Assembly: GCF_006345805.1 (NCBI RefSeq) | Contig: NC_043009.1 | Location: 52,514,001-52,578,000, forward strand | Origin: Octopus sinensis | Lineage: Eukaryota | Reading direction: 5' to 3' | Length of the DNA stretch: 64,000 nt | In this document: piece after piece, positions 39,563 to 54,404 of the stretch | Numbering within the stretch: the first letter of the stretch is position 1 | How the letters are laid out: every line of letters starts with the position of its first letter | The notes under the pieces: model-generated | What the model was told of the DNA's origin: nothing | What the model saw: only the letters and a program-made list of their open reading frames with translations | Database searches by the model: none | Program-made: the position numbers and the translations under genes

Positions 39563-39768
39563 CTGTGTGTTTGTGTGTCTTTTTTGTCCCCCTAACATCG
39601 CTTGACAATCGATGCTGGTGTATTTACGTCCCTGTAATTTAGCGGTTCGGCGAAATTTAGCGGTTCGGCGAAAGAGACCGATAGAATAAGTCCTGGGGTC
39701 GATTTGCTCGACTAAAGGCGGTGGTCCAGCATGGCCGCAGTCAAATGACTGAAACAAATAAAAGAAAT
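39342..39768 (+). mobile_element. SINE family B (tRNA head, internal TA/TG microsatellite)
   Basis: gcaggagtggctgtgtagtaag...cagtcccactgcgtggcacc...cagcatggccgcagtcaaatgactgaaacaa. Confidence 0.88.
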
Positions 39769-39825
39769 ATATATATATATTATATATATATATATATATA
39801 TACATGCGTGTGTGTGTGTGTGACT

Positions 39826-40040
39826 AAAGCGTGGTGGCGAAATTGTTAGCACGCCGGGTAAACGGCTTAGCGTCATATGATCCAACTTTACATTCTAAGT
39901 TCAAATTCCGCCAAGGTCGACTTTACCTTTTATCCTTTCGGGTCTATAAAATAAGTACCAGATGAGAACTGGGGTGTTTGTAATCGAATTACCACTCCTC
40001 CAGTATTGCTGTCTTTGTGCAAAAATTTGAAACCAATATT
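39826..40040 (+). mobile_element. SINE family A variant
   Basis: Same head and core with an alternative tail. Confidence 0.8.
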
Positions 40041-41039
40041 AAAACATTTGAAGTCAATTCACATAACGTTTTCTTCAAAACAGCTCCAAAATAAAATGAA
40101 GTCTTTAATTTATGAAAAATAATCCAGAAATAATTAACACGCTACAGTCCTTTTTGGGTGGGGGGTATTTCTCTCAAGAAAGAAAAGGGGACATATACAC
40201 ATATGCTCGCATATCGTAATAATAGTAATCAATTGGGTTTACTTCTTTTTTTGTTCCTTTTCTTTTCGATCTAATAATGAATTAAGTGCTAAAATCAGTC
40301 AAACAATAAACTTAATTGGAATTTGATAATATCTAATTAACTAAAATAGTGACAGATTTCAACGTTGAACAAGGCTTCATAAACGTCATCTCCTTGTCTC
40401 AGCAAGCCTTTCAATACAAGAAAATTAATTATATGGATTGTGTGTGAGAGAGAGAGAGGGAAACATTTTCGGTTTAAAAATAAATAGTTAATAATTTCAG
40501 AGGAAAATGTGTGATTTAAGGGAGATATGGCTATTGTTTCTAGCACATCCCAAAACCTCTTGCCTATTTTCTTTCTCACTCACACATCTATTGATATTTT
40601 TCGATATTTTTCTCCCCAAAAACAAATTTTATGAAATGATGCTGTCAAAGTAACACACGTATAGTCCTAACCGAGTGAGACTGTATGTGTGTGTTTAAGA
40701 AAAACACCTAAAACCATCTTTAGTGTTCATATTAATCTGTCAAATGTAATGCTTATTTGTTCATGTTATTTTGAATTATTCAAGTTCAAGAGGCGTGTCC
40801 AAAATATTTGCTTGTAACTTTCTAAATTTTTTACATACAGATTTGAAATTTTGCCAGTGGGTGCTTTTTATACCACTAATTTATAGTTATGTCATTTTAG
40901 CTGATCTTGCTGAGTAAATTTGACTTTTATGGGCATGTAAATTTAATTAGCAGGTGTAGAAGCAATGACATTATGGATAAATTTGATGAACAAGTCCACC
41001 AACAATATTAAATATGCTAAGACAATCTGAAAACAATAG

Positions 41040-41224
41040 AAACTGTTAAACGTTTACCGGTTTTTATGAAATTTTGGGGTTTAACGGACTTGAGTTAACG
41101 TAAGTTAAATGTAATAGAAGTTAATTAGTTCCATAATGATTTTCAAAGTTAACTTAAAAGTTAAATCGTTAACGAAGATTTTAACCTCGTTCATTAACTA
41201 TTAACGGACTTGCGCCCAGCTCTA
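41040..41224. mobile_element. hAT-like transposon terminus
   Basis: Ends gcccagctcta (TAGAGCTGGGC on the minus strand) with clustered gttaa/gttaac subterminal motifs. Confidence 0.5.
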
Positions 41225-41242
41225 TATATTTGTTTGTATGTA

Positions 41243-41303
<61 letters not shown>

Positions 41304-41325
41304 AACTACCCATCTATATATATAT

Positions 41326-41374
<49 letters not shown>

Positions 41375-41602
41375 GACGTGCAAATGTACATATTTACGTA
41401 TTCCGGAAAGTCAACAGAAACAAAATAGAATTGCATTTTACATTTGCTTATTAAATCATTATTAGTTTTTTAGATAGTGTATGTATATAAATGCAAACTT
41501 ATGTGTTGCATAGACACATATACACAGACAGACACACACACATATATGTATGTATATATGTACGTATGTATGCCTATATGTATGTATATGTGTGAGTGTT
41601 TT

Positions 41603-41639
<37 letters not shown>

Positions 41640-42060
41640 TATGTATATATGCGTGGGCTTGTATGTGAATGTTTACATATCTCGATATTTGTGCTAACAT
41701 TAGATATGCTTGGTGCTACATAGCTCGGTGATAACAATTATCAATAGATTTGTAACAATAGACGTTGGGTGAATAAATACCTGCTAGGGATAATGTGTTG
41801 TAATGCGCACACACTCACAAACACACAAACAAATATATAATATAATATATATATATATGTATGTGTGTATATGTGTGTGTGTATATATATATATATTACA
41901 CATACTCGCGCACATGTAAATATATGTGTGTCTATGTACGTATCTAATGTACATATGTATATTTAAAAATTGCTGTAGGGTATTTGGAGATATTTATAAA
42001 GTTATCATATACATTTGTTACTGATGATATGATATCACATTGGTAGTTATATATATATAT

Positions 42061-42260
42061 AGGGAAAGTTTACGAAAAAAAACAAAATATGAAGACAGAT
42101 GGTGTGCAAAACAAACATATGTATTAGTATAACGCTCAGGAATAGAAAAAGTCTTTTACGTTTCGAGCCTACGCTCTTCTGCAGAAAGGGACACAGAAAA
42201 AAGAAGGAGAGAAACAAGGAGAGAGAAAAAATGTGTGTAGTGGCTAACGATCTATCATGA
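42061..42260 (-). mobile_element. Repeat family D, copy 3
   Basis: 42153-42188: cttt-CTGCAGA-a-gagc gtag gctc-GAAA-cg-TA-aaag; starts at (TA)n. Confidence 0.8.
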
Positions 42261-43084
42261 CACAGGGTGCGATAAATAAACTGTCGTCTAAATTACGCAA
42301 ATATGAAAATAACACTGACATCTCATTTTAACACTCAAGTGGTTAAGATCATGCAACTTATTACAAACAAATCTGTGCTAATGAGCAGAGTATTTGCTAT
42401 AACGATATTTCTGCTTCCGAAACTCGACGCTTAATTTGTTTGAAATGTAATGGAAAATATGCACAGTTTCAAAACATTGGTGTCCATGTCACAAAAGCAA
42501 ATTTTGAAGGGAATAATAGTCATTTCTTTTGACTTCTAGAAAGAAGCAAATTGGACATAACACTTACTGACCAAAGACAAAAACAAATTAAAACTTTGTT
42601 AGTATTATCATTCCAGATATGACTGAGTGTATAGGCTAAGCGTATAAAACTAAATGTATAAGTGACATAATAATTACATAACATTCTGCGGGTATGAAGC
42701 CCGGCTGTGCTTTATTAAATACTTCATATCATACTTGCCTACTGTATGTCATTATTTCTATTACTTAACTCCTGTTTCGCACACGAGCATATCCCAAGTT
42801 GATTGCCTGCGTTGCAATACTGGAGACTTAATTGGTGTGTGGACCAGAATATTGAACACGAGTTTTGTTTACGTGTTACGTTTTACAAGAACTGTATCCG
42901 ATGTATTTAGTCACATATACAAGTATATGTTCGTATCCTTACATACATTCATACACACAGCCATAGTCATAACGATAATATAAAATATACTGAAGTGTGA
43001 TACACACGCACACACACTCGCACACACACACATGCACACATATAATAATGTAACTAAGTCAAATATATTGCATTCGTTTACACT

Positions 43085-43142
<58 letters not shown>

Positions 43143-43184
43143 ATAATATATATATATATATATATATATAGTATATATATTACT

Positions 43185-43466
43185 GCGATCACCGTGACCG
43201 ACAGGTTATCAAATGTTGCGCTTCGCATTGATTAGCCTTCAAATGACGCCACCCCGTTGGCTAAGCGAGCAGACCAACAGAAGAAAGAGTGAGAGAAAGT
43301 TGTGGCTAAAAAGTACAGCTGGGATCACACACCACCCCCTGCTGGAGCCTCGTGGAGCTTCAGGTGTTGTCGCTCAATAAACACTCACGACGCCTGGTCT
43401 GGGAATCGAAACCGAGACTCTACAACCGCAAGTCCGCTGCCCTAACCACTGGGCCATTGCGGCTCC

Positions 43467-43468
<2 letters not shown>
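43185..43468 (-). mobile_element. SINE family C (tail type 2)
   Basis: Homologous to 62451-62752. Confidence 0.85.
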
Positions 43469-43512
<44 letters not shown>

Positions 43513-43965
43513 GTGTGTATACATACATTCATATATATAGTTATTTGCACACACACAGGGGCTGAGTGACTGAATGAGTGAGAGGGAGAGAGAGAAAGCG
43601 AGAGAGAGTCTCCTGCCTAATTTGAAGCAGGATCGACGTGTTTCATAAACACCCTACGATTCTAAATCTTTGTTTTTAGACATAAATATCACTCAACAAA
43701 CAAGACTTGATGCTAGCGATTCAATATTTACAGAAAAAACCTAAGTGTTATATAATGATGTATATGTTTGAAATATGAGAAAAGTGTACTATTATGCATG
43801 TGTTTGTCACACCCAAAAAGAGTCGCGATAAAACTCATACAGAAAAAAATATTTTTCGAAGTTTAAGACATGAATTTTTATGAAATAACTCTGTCTTACT
43901 TACGGAGCATTGTAAAGAAATATATATTGAAAATGATCATTTTTTAGTGTTTTGTCTATTAAATC

Positions 43966-44172
43966 TATTTCTTTACTACCCACAAGGGGCTAAACACAGA
44001 GAGGAAAAACGGATTAAGTCGATTATATCGACCCCAGTGCGTAACTGGTACTTATTTAATCGACCCCGAAAGGATGAAAGGCAAAGTCGACCTCGGCGGA
44101 ATTTGAACTCAGAACGTAACGGCAGACGAAATACAGCTACACATTTCGCCCGGCGTGCTAACGTTTCTGCCA
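43966..44172 (-). mobile_element. SINE family A
   Basis: Same core sequence. Confidence 0.88.
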
Positions 44173-44194
44173 TCCCAGTATTTATTTTTTAAAA

Positions 44195-44500
44195 GCTGGT
44201 ATTTATTCTATTTACTTTTGCCGAACCGCTAAGTTACGGGGAGGCAAACAAGCTAACACAGTTTGTCAAACGGAGGCGGGGAATAATACACGGAGATATA
44301 TACATATGTGTGTGTGTGTGTATGTGCGTATGTAAATGTATGTATAAGACAGGCTTCTTTCGGGTTCCATCAACCAAATCTCCTGCCAAGGCGTTGTTCG
44401 GCCCGTGATCATAGCAAAATACACTTGCCCATGGTGTCACACAGTGGGACGTGACCCGGAACCAAGTGTTCAGAACCAACCTTCTTGACCAGATATCCAG
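44195..44500 (-). mobile_element. SINE family B, degenerate
   Basis: ttttgccgaaccgctaagttacgggga...acacttgccca...cagtgggac. Confidence 0.7.
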
Positions 44501-44615
44501 TTCTACGTCAATGTATATGTATTTTCACACACATACACGCAGAGACACATATACACACACAGTTACAAACACACATACATACATACACACACACATACAT
44601 ACATACATACATACA

Positions 44616-44646
<31 letters not shown>

Positions 44647-44841
44647 GCATACATATAAATACATACACACACATATATAGCCTGTTTCTGATTCAGTGTA
44701 TACGTGCGGGCGCGACAGTTCTTTGCCGTCATAAATTGATACTTTCAATATCTAATATTACTAACACATTTACGCACATATTTATATAGAAAACGTACGT
44801 GTGAATACATACATACATACATACATACATACATACATACA

Positions 44842-44875
<34 letters not shown>

Positions 44876-45343
44876 CTTACATACATACATAGGTACGCAT
44901 GACAGTAAATTATACCACATATACATTCAACAAGATTTGACCAATGTTTCATTGGCTAGAGACTTCACTAACATCTCAAAGACAATAATTTGGTATTTCC
45001 TACACTTTTATTGTGAAAATTGTCTTTTATACTTCCAAATACCTAATCTCGTCTAACATTGCCTGGAGGGGCTTCTCTTAATTTCCCTATACTCTCTCTT
45101 TCTCTTCCTCTTTCTCTCTCTCTCTTTCTCTCTCTCTCTATCTCTCTCTCTCTCTCAATCTATGCTCTTATGTATGTGTACATGTATAGATAGGTAGATA
45201 GATTGATTAATGAGATAGATAGATAAATAGATAGATATTTAGTATATAAACTTACACAAAAACAAGCGTTCACTATATATACATACATACACACACACAC
45301 ACACACATATATACGTATACATATATATATGTATATATATATG

Positions 45344-45390
<47 letters not shown>

Positions 45391-45431
45391 TAGAGAGAGA
45401 GAGAGAGAGATAGATAGATAGATAGATAGGC

Positions 45432-45544
<113 letters not shown>

Positions 45545-45548
45545 TGTT

Positions 45549-45589
<41 letters not shown>

Positions 45590-45860
45590 TTACGTACATA
45601 CATCTATAATAATAAATGCCAAAACGAATTTCTGTGTGCCAGTGTGTCACACTTTGACCTCCTCTCTCGCTATTCAATGACATCTCTTCTATTCCTCTTG
45701 CTGGGGTGAGAGTAATAGCAGGCATAGAGTCGGTGAGTGCGGTAGTAGATTGACAATTGAGATGGTAATAGGGTGATAGTAATAGTATGAGGTATAGTTG
45801 TGATAGAGGCAGAGGCGACGGTGATGGTGGTGGTGGTGGTGGTGGTGGTGGTGGTAGTTG

Positions 45861-45892
<32 letters not shown>

Positions 45893-46117
45893 GGTGTGGT
45901 GGTGGTGGTGGTGGTGGTGGTGGTGGTGGTGGCGGTGGAGTTAGCTGAGGTGGTCAAGTATGACGGTGATGATAAGGGATGTGACGATGGTGGAGGAGAA
46001 GGTGGCGAAGTCAAAGGTGTTGATGCTGGTGGTGTCAGAAGTTTGAGTGGTGTCCATGGCAGTGGTGGTGGCGATGGTGGTGGTACTGGTGATGGTGATG
46101 GTTAAAAAACAATCTAC

Positions 46118-46413
46118 AGAAAGAGACACTGGCAGACATAGTTCTTAAGCAGATCAGGCCGAAAATGTCGCTAGAAGCTAGGATCACCAAGCATAGATCG
46201 GTCATATTATGCGGAGAAAATCCCTGGAAAAGGACATCATGCTCGGAATTATCAGTGGCAAGAGAAGAAGAGGCCGACCAAGAACCCGCTAGCTTGACAC
46301 CATCAAGAGTGATATCGGAATGGACATAGCCAGTCTGAAAGAAGCGGCCCAGGATAGAACTGACTGGAGGACACTGATCCAACGAGTAACCGAGAGTCGA
46401 CTTCGACTGAGCG

Positions 46414-46418
<5 letters not shown>
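46118..46418 (+). mobile_element. RTE/BovB-like LINE 3' end
   Basis: [17 protein letters not shown]../[71 protein letters not shown]. Confidence 0.9.
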
Positions 46419-46491
<73 letters not shown>

Positions 46492-46508
46492 CAGACAGAC
46501 ACACAGAC

Positions 46509-46579
<71 letters not shown>

Positions 46580-46583
46580 CAGA

Positions 46584-46621
<38 letters not shown>

Positions 46622-46631
46622 CACAGACAGC

Positions 46632-46699
<68 letters not shown>

Positions 46700-46704
46700 C
46701 AGAC

Positions 46705-46737
<33 letters not shown>

Positions 46738-46801
46738 CACAGACAGATAGATAGATAGATAGATAGATAGATAGGATAGATAGATAGATAGATAGACAGA
46801 C

Positions 46802-46834
<33 letters not shown>

Positions 46835-46841
46835 CACAGAC

Positions 46842-46924
<83 letters not shown>

Positions 46925-46929
46925 CAGAC

Positions 46930-46962
<33 letters not shown>

Positions 46963-46969
46963 CACAGAC

Positions 46970-47032
<63 letters not shown>

Positions 47033-47048
47033 GATAGATAGATAGATA
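46414..47048. repeat. (GATA)n/(GACA)n compound microsatellite
   Basis: Recurrent gacacacagac variant marks higher-order units. Confidence 0.95.
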
Positions 47049-47399
47049 TGAATATGGGAGTGCATGAGAGTATGGCTGCAAGAGCTGTATTTTTTGTGTC
47101 TATAACGGTGTCTATTTGTTTGTATGCGTAGTGAGAAAGCCATTAAGAATACTCAGCTGAAAAACATAGCGTGTTCAACTGACGGGGGAAGTAGTGTTTG
47201 CATCACTTTATGTTCTGGTATATATCGCTACAATGCCCGATATATAGCAAATGTTATGATGACGTATATCCTAGTATTATAATATATACGTGACGTCAGT
47301 TTCGCTCTGTCGTTCTACCGTTATAAGAAATAAGTTGTCTCTGTGAGATAGAAGCTATCTGGGTCATTAATTGTTACCTTTTAAGCATTTTCTTAAACG

Positions 47400-49030
47400 T
47401 TGATGCCTATGTGGGCGGGCAAGTCAAAATTAGTTCATTCTTACTATTTAAGGCAGTACAGGATAGCGAATGACGTAGTACTGCCGTTTTGTCATATGTC
47501 TTTTGATTTCCAGAGGTGCTTTGAAAAGACTGCAGAGTTATACAAGCGTTATTGTGTGGGTTTTTTTTTTTTTTTCAGTTTATCTCTCTTTTCACTCTTT
47601 TACTTGTTACAGTCATTTGACTGCGGCCATGCTGGAGCACCGCCTTTAATCGAGCAACTCGACCCCGGGACTTATTCTTTTGTAAGCCCAGTACGTATTC
47701 TATCGGTCTCTTTTGCCGAACCGCTAAGTGACGGGGGACATAAACACACCAGCATCGGTTGTCAAGCAATGCTAGGGGGACAAACACAGACACACAAACA
47801 TACACGCACACATACATATATATATATATATATATACATATATACGACGGGCTTCTTTTCAGTTTCCGTCTACCAAATCCACTCACAAGGCTTTGGTCGG
47901 CCCGAGGGCTATAGTAAAGACACTTGCCCGAGGTGCCACGCAGTGGGACTGAACCCGGAACCATGTGGTTGGTAAACAAGCTACTTACCACACAGCCACT
48001 CCTGCGCCTATATCTGTTACTGTATATGTTGCTATATCTGTTATCTGTTGCTGTAGAAACATCAGTTTGATATAGATATTGATTTTTCTGTAGATATCAG
48101 CTCGTTTGAGCGACAAATTCTGTTTCCACAATTTCATATGGACTCCACTCATTCTACGTTTGATTATATATTTTTCTTTTACATTGCGAGTCTTGATATT
48201 ATTGGGCACGTCTTTTCCTGCAGCTATAGTTTACTTTAATGCTATTACTGCTGAACATCATTGAATTGTGTTGCCGTTCCGGTGATATTTTACGTTTAAG
48301 AGTGGAAAATAACTACACACGATTGATTTTTACGCAAATTTTGTATGGCGGTTTGTACCACATAACATTTCTTTTCTTAGCACTTTTAAACTAGTTGGTT
48401 AATGGTGTTGGTGGATAAGTTATTATTTCTTGGCATCGGGTGCAAGATTGTGCTTGTTTCAGTTCTCTGTAGCCTTATTTAAGGAAGAATTATTAATGAA
48501 TAACATACTTATCTTCAGGCTGATGCTCATCGAAGCATGTTCTACAACGTTCAACCTGAAGTTAAATTATAAATGTAAAAGATTGATTGGTTTCTTGAAA
48601 GATTAGTACGATATCGAGTGCAGTTTAAGTGCAGCATCTGCAAAGTTTACAAGATTTAGCGTTACTTTGCTGTCACTCTCAGGCCAAATTCGTTAAATAT
48701 ATTTAATTATTCTTTTGCTGTAGAAACCAATATTCATATCATTATTCGAGTACAATTCAAGCTCATTGAAGCACCTATATAAAGGCATCTGTTCGCTTTG
48801 ATTTCAACCAGGCAAACATCATCGTTCCAAAGGGAGTATCTCCTAACAGGCATAATTGTATGCAGGTTGGTGTGTATGATATTAAATATCTTCTATCAGA
48901 GACTGATGCCTTTTAGAAGATTATGGAAAGATAATCAACGACGTTGAACCGGAAAAATTTGTCTCTTTTGATGACTAACGCAATAATGTTCCTAACACAG
49001 ATGTTTATACCTATTTACGTCAGACTTTAC
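47400..49030 (-). pseudogene. Decayed Penelope-like element RT plus GIY-YIG ORF, interrupted by SINE B
   Basis: Collinear motifs: KFFRFNVVDYLSI (cf. FDIxxFYPSI); EFGLRVT; NLVNFADAALKL (cf. VNFLDVTL); KKRNVMWYKPPY (cf. WFNPPY); SNSIKVNYSC; NCGNRIC..YQTDV; after the SINE, YNSAVFSKHLWKSKD and LNSKNELILTC. Confidence 0.8.
47582..48010 (-). mobile_element. SINE family B, full length
   Basis: Near-identical to 54122-54575. Confidence 0.9.
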
Positions 49031-49129
49031 TTTTCTTTATTCCCTTACTTTTTGCAGCCCAAAGGCTGTACCCATGCAAGAACAATGCCATTTTAAAATA
49101 AATGGAATGCTTCAATAATTGCATGTCAT

Positions 49130-49229
49130 NNNNNNNNNNNNNNNNNNNNNNNNNNNNNNNNNNNNNNNNNNNNNNNNNNNNNNNNNNNNNNNNNNNNNNN
49201 NNNNNNNNNNNNNNNNNNNNNNNNNNNNN
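49130..49229. other. Assembly gap (100 N)
   Basis: Run of N. Confidence 1.
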
Positions 49230-50539
49230 TTATATTTGTGTTTTTATCGTTAACATTCCAAATCTGTTTCGAGAGAGTGCGTGTGTCACATATAAAAGAG
49301 TGCGTGTGTCACATATAACTGGTTCTTCACAACCCACTGTTCGCTTTGATATTGTTTTTTGTCATTGTGTTTCTCTTAAATTATAGTTGTTGTTTTTTCT
49401 TCTACAGTCCTTTACATTTCAAACAATTCATATAAAACGAATATTGCTCTGATTTTGCAATTGCAAGCTATCTTCTGTTGTATGTTGTGTATTTCTAGAT
49501 ATACAGTGGATTAGGCTCTACACAGCGTATTTTGAGTTCTTAAGTAGCTAAACCTATATTTGTGACTTCATTTCGATATATATGTATGTATGTATGTATA
49601 TATATATTATATATATATATATATATTATATATATATATATATGTGTGTTGGTGTGTGTGTGTTTATTTATATAAATATATATGCATATAAGTGTGAACG
49701 TGAATTTTTGTGTGTGTGTATTTTGTGTGTATTTTGTGCATGTATTTGTGTGTGAGGGGTTAACTATACCAGTGTATCCATGTTTGTGTACACGCATGAT
49801 TCAATTTCCTGACAGCAGTCAACTTCACCACACAATAAACAGAATAACTTTCATGAATAGTTTAATATCAACAAGCTACATTTTGCATTCGAATTAAATT
49901 TTGAATTCACAGTTAACGTAATTTATCCTGGATGTTTCACCTGCAAAATTTAACCTTATTAAACACGATAGGATAATTAGAAAATTAAGTTTCATAAAAC
50001 AGACAGGAAGGAAGAGAGAGATGGATGAAAGAAAGAAATAGAGCAAGATCGATGCACACACACACAGAAACTGAAGAAATAATGAAAAAGAAATAAGAGA
50101 CGGAGATACAGAATAAAAGATTTCGAGAAAATTAGGATGCGTTTAATGGAATGTCGCTTGGAAATGAGATTTAAAGGACAGGGAGCACGAATAAAAACAA
50201 ACTTTTGTACGATGAATACCGCAGTAACTCCTAAATGCTACTGCTAGAAATAGTAGTCAAATATCTTCCAGGAACAACTTTACTGACTCAAAAGAGACGA
50301 ATTGAAAAGTGTTGTTCGAAGTAAACATTGAGTGGAAAAATGTCGAAATAGTTACTGCTAAAACGCTTTTCGACAGAGAACTTATTGACAGAAGCTGAAA
50401 CATAACGACTACGTATATATAGTGAGCGGAAGAGAGAGACTCTACACTGTAAAACGTTGACCCTGTTTGAAAGATAACTCCGATCCCTCAATTAGATTGA
50501 CGCATATACCACAGTTAGGTCTTCCGCATTTTTGCACTG

Positions 50540-50860
50540 ATGTTTACAGTGAAAAACAACTTCACATGTGCTTCGGAGAACCTAATATATGTGTTAACTT
50601 TCTCTGGGTGTTGAGAGCAATACATAGGCCAAACCAAAAGCACTCTATGTCAAAGGATGGCTCTATATAGATCCCAGATCAAAATTCGGGAATACAGAAA
50701 AATATCATTCAGCAAACATATCGACATTTGCGCCAATAGCAAACAACCCAGGTTCAGAATTTTTCCCCCTCTATAAATTCAGGGACGATGCAACCTGTAG
50801 TCAGCGCATTAGCAAAGAGTCATATTTTATCACAAAATATAAACCCCTTTTGAATGCGTC
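50540..50860 (+). mobile_element. Penelope-like element GIY-YIG endonuclease relic
   Basis: FTVKNNFTCASENLIYVLTFSGC*EQYIGQTKSTLCQRMALYRSQIKIREYRKISFSKHIDIC...RISKESYFITKYKPLLN; one stop and one frameshift. Confidence 0.88.
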
Positions 50861-51452
50861 CACCGCAAATGACCCTATTGCAAGGGCCTTAGAATAATAC
50901 CCACGCAAATATTTAAAAAAACGATATATTCAGAACAGTCACTACCCATGAATTTAAGGACAACTCCAGTGTGTGTGTACTGAGTTAAATGCTTCGATTA
51001 GCCGTTTCGAATCCTTCTCGAGACTGACACAAATCAATAAACACTAAATAATCACGCACACTATATACTGACATACACTTTTTTCATATTATTTCGCTAT
51101 TAACCGTCCTCGCGACCTCCTCATCTATGATGGGGGCCACGAACTATGCGATGTAAATCCAGACGTACTCCTGGTCGGTGAATTTTTAAGGAAAATGCGA
51201 AGGGTGGTTTATCAATTCAAAAATCGATATCCTAGAAATAATCACTTCCTGACTATTTAATGTTAAAAACCTTCTTGACAGCAGTCATTGTAATCCAGAA
51301 AAATATGGTAACTATTGGTCCGGCCATCTGGCCGTAAAGAGGTAACACACAAAGAGAGGAACAGACGGACACACAGACGGACATATATATATATATATAG
51401 GCCTAGGAGTGGCTGCGTGGTAAGTATCTTGCTTACCAACCACATGGTTCTG

Positions 51453-51484
<32 letters not shown>

Positions 51485-51752
51485 CATATGTGTGTGTGTC
51501 TGTGTGTGTATCTCTGTATGTATTAAACAATATACACTCTTTTATAGACGCACACATATATCCATACAATTGTGTACATGCACGTGTGTGTGTGCGCGTG
51601 TATGTTTATGTGTAAGGGTAGCAATGTAAAACGAACTTTGCTTGTATTCGAACTCAATAGAGTAATGGTAAATGTAATGATATACTAGGTGTGTTCTATC
51701 TGGCTCTCCAACACCTTCGTACACACACACACACAGTGAAATGTGCGTGTAA

Positions 51753-51855
<103 letters not shown>

Positions 51856-52781
51856 GCGTGTGTATGTATATATGTTTATACATATAAATAGGTAGATAGA
51901 TATTGATTTATATGTATATTCATGTATATCTATATATATATATATATATATATGCATATGTATATATATATATAAATTTATATATATATATATATATATA
52001 TATATGCGTGTGCTTATGTATATGATAGGTATTCATGCATATACATAAATACATACATACATATATACATACGTACATGCAAGCGTCTATATGTACACAC
52101 ATGCATTCACACATACACATACCAACTTTAGATTCGTGTATATACGTTCAGTATGAAAGGAAGCCCCAGCTCTGAGGTTTAATTAAGGATGCCTACAACA
52201 TATGACGATGCAACTGACTCCTCTCTCTCTCTATACTCGTCTCTCTCAGCTTTTCTACTACACTTCATTTCACTTCCCTTTTACCCTTTCCCCTTCTCTT
52301 TCCTTTCTCTTTCTTGAGCATATTGTCCCTGATATGATGTCGGCGGTGTCGTCGTACATATGATTAATTATATTCCCTTTTGTCTCTATTGAATCAAAGA
52401 TCTGTCAGACGTGACAATAACATTGATATAGGTTGACTGTAGCGTCTGTGAACTCTAACCTGAAGCCAGTGTGTTGCAACACGAGAAAGTAAAAGAGAGG
52501 GAGTGAGATAAACAGAAAGAGAGGGAGAAGGAAGAGAGACAGACAAACAGTGAGAGAGAGAGAGAAAAAGAATGACATAGAAAGACAACGTGGGTAAGGG
52601 AGAGAAAGTTTAAAAGAGTTAGATCTTGAATGAGATGGAGAGACTTGAACTGAATGAAACGTCCATGCGTGTTCCAAGGTGTGCGTGAGCTGTAAATACA
52701 CTGGGACATTCCTATTCATTATAATGGTTAAATATCATCATCACCATCATCATTGTCATCATCGTCATCGTCGTCGTCGTC

Positions 52782-52837
<56 letters not shown>

Positions 52838-53140
52838 CAGCAGTATAGTGCAGCGCTTCAGGTCACGGGTTCCGATCACCGCTGCACCGATGTGGATTAT
52901 GCTAATCACCACTTTCGGTGTGTTGAAAGAAGTGCCAGTCAAGAACTTGGATTTTTTGTGCTCGAATACACACTTGCCTGTCTATAATGAAGACTTACGA
53001 ATGTGTGTGTGTGTGTGTGTGTGTGTAGTGTATACAAATAGAGAGAATGAGAAACAAAGATAGACAGACAGACACACTGATATATGTATATATGTATTCC
53101 ATATGTATGTGTGAGCGTGTTTGATCTTTTTGTGTGTATG

Positions 53141-53176
<36 letters not shown>

Positions 53177-53209
53177 CATGTGTGTATAATATATACATAT
53201 ATATATGTG

Positions 53210-53410
53210 CCATGATAGATCGTTAGCCACTACACACGTTTTTTTCTCTCCTTGTTTCTTTCTTGTTTTTTCTGTGTCCCTTTCTGTAGAAGAGCGTAGG
53301 CTCGAAGCGTAAAAGAGTTTTTCTATTCCTGAGCGTTATACTAATACATCTGTTTGTTTTGTACACCACCTGTCTTTTGTTTTTGTTTTTGTTTTTTTGT
53401 AAATTCTCCC
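53210..53410 (+). mobile_element. Repeat family D, copy 4
   Basis: cttt-CTGTAGA-a-gagcgtaggctc-GAAG-cg-TA-aaag; ends at (TA)n. Confidence 0.8.
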
Positions 53411-53541
53411 TATATATATATATATTATAGTAATGTTTATACGCCAACAGAAAGTGGCAGTCCTATTAAGGACGATATTACTGTTGTTATAGCCCCAGGA
53501 AAACATCTTATACACTTTATATATATATCTTATATATATAC

Positions 53542-53572
<31 letters not shown>

Positions 53573-53655
53573 ATGTATCATGTATTTACACACACACACA
53601 CACCCACACACACACAAATACACTCACGTGTGTGTGAGTGTGTATGTATTGGCGA

Positions 53656-53759
<104 letters not shown>

Positions 53760-54121
53760 GCGAGAAGGTTTGAGATTATCAAGAAGCATATCTACACACA
53801 AACCTCCCCACATAAGCTTCCAAATGTATCAAACCCACCTTAAACACATTTACAAGACGGTGAGTTCGCCTTTCTTAGGATGTAATAAAGTTGCATATAT
53901 TATTTAGTAATCCTTTATTAAGTACACCTTGCAATGATCGTAATTGTTCTGATCGTTCTGATCATTATTATTGATGATTAACGGAGATCTATGAGAAGAG
54001 AATGCGGGAAAAATCCACAATTGTATAGACCGCTGCACTTAGACTTGCCCCTATTGTGGATCATAGGTGGGATTCTCGGTAATAATTTGTGAGTAAATTT
54101 TCTTAAGCACCCTACGGTAAA

Positions 54122-54350
54122 TACTCTTTACTCTCTTTTACTCTTTTACTTGTTTCAGTCATTTGACTGCGGCCATGCTGGATTACCGCCTTTAATCAAG
54201 CAACTCGACCCCGGGACTTATTCTTTGTAAGCCCAGTACTTATTCTATCGGTCTCTTTTTGCCGAACCGCTAAGTGACGGGGACTTAAACACACCAGCCT
54301 CGGTTGTCAAGCAATGCTAGGGTGACAAACAGACACACAAACATACATAT

Positions 54351-54404
<54 letters not shown>

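Noticed and set aside
51150-51395. Possible non-autonomous Helitron end
   Set aside because: Only a general resemblance; the termini could not be defined.
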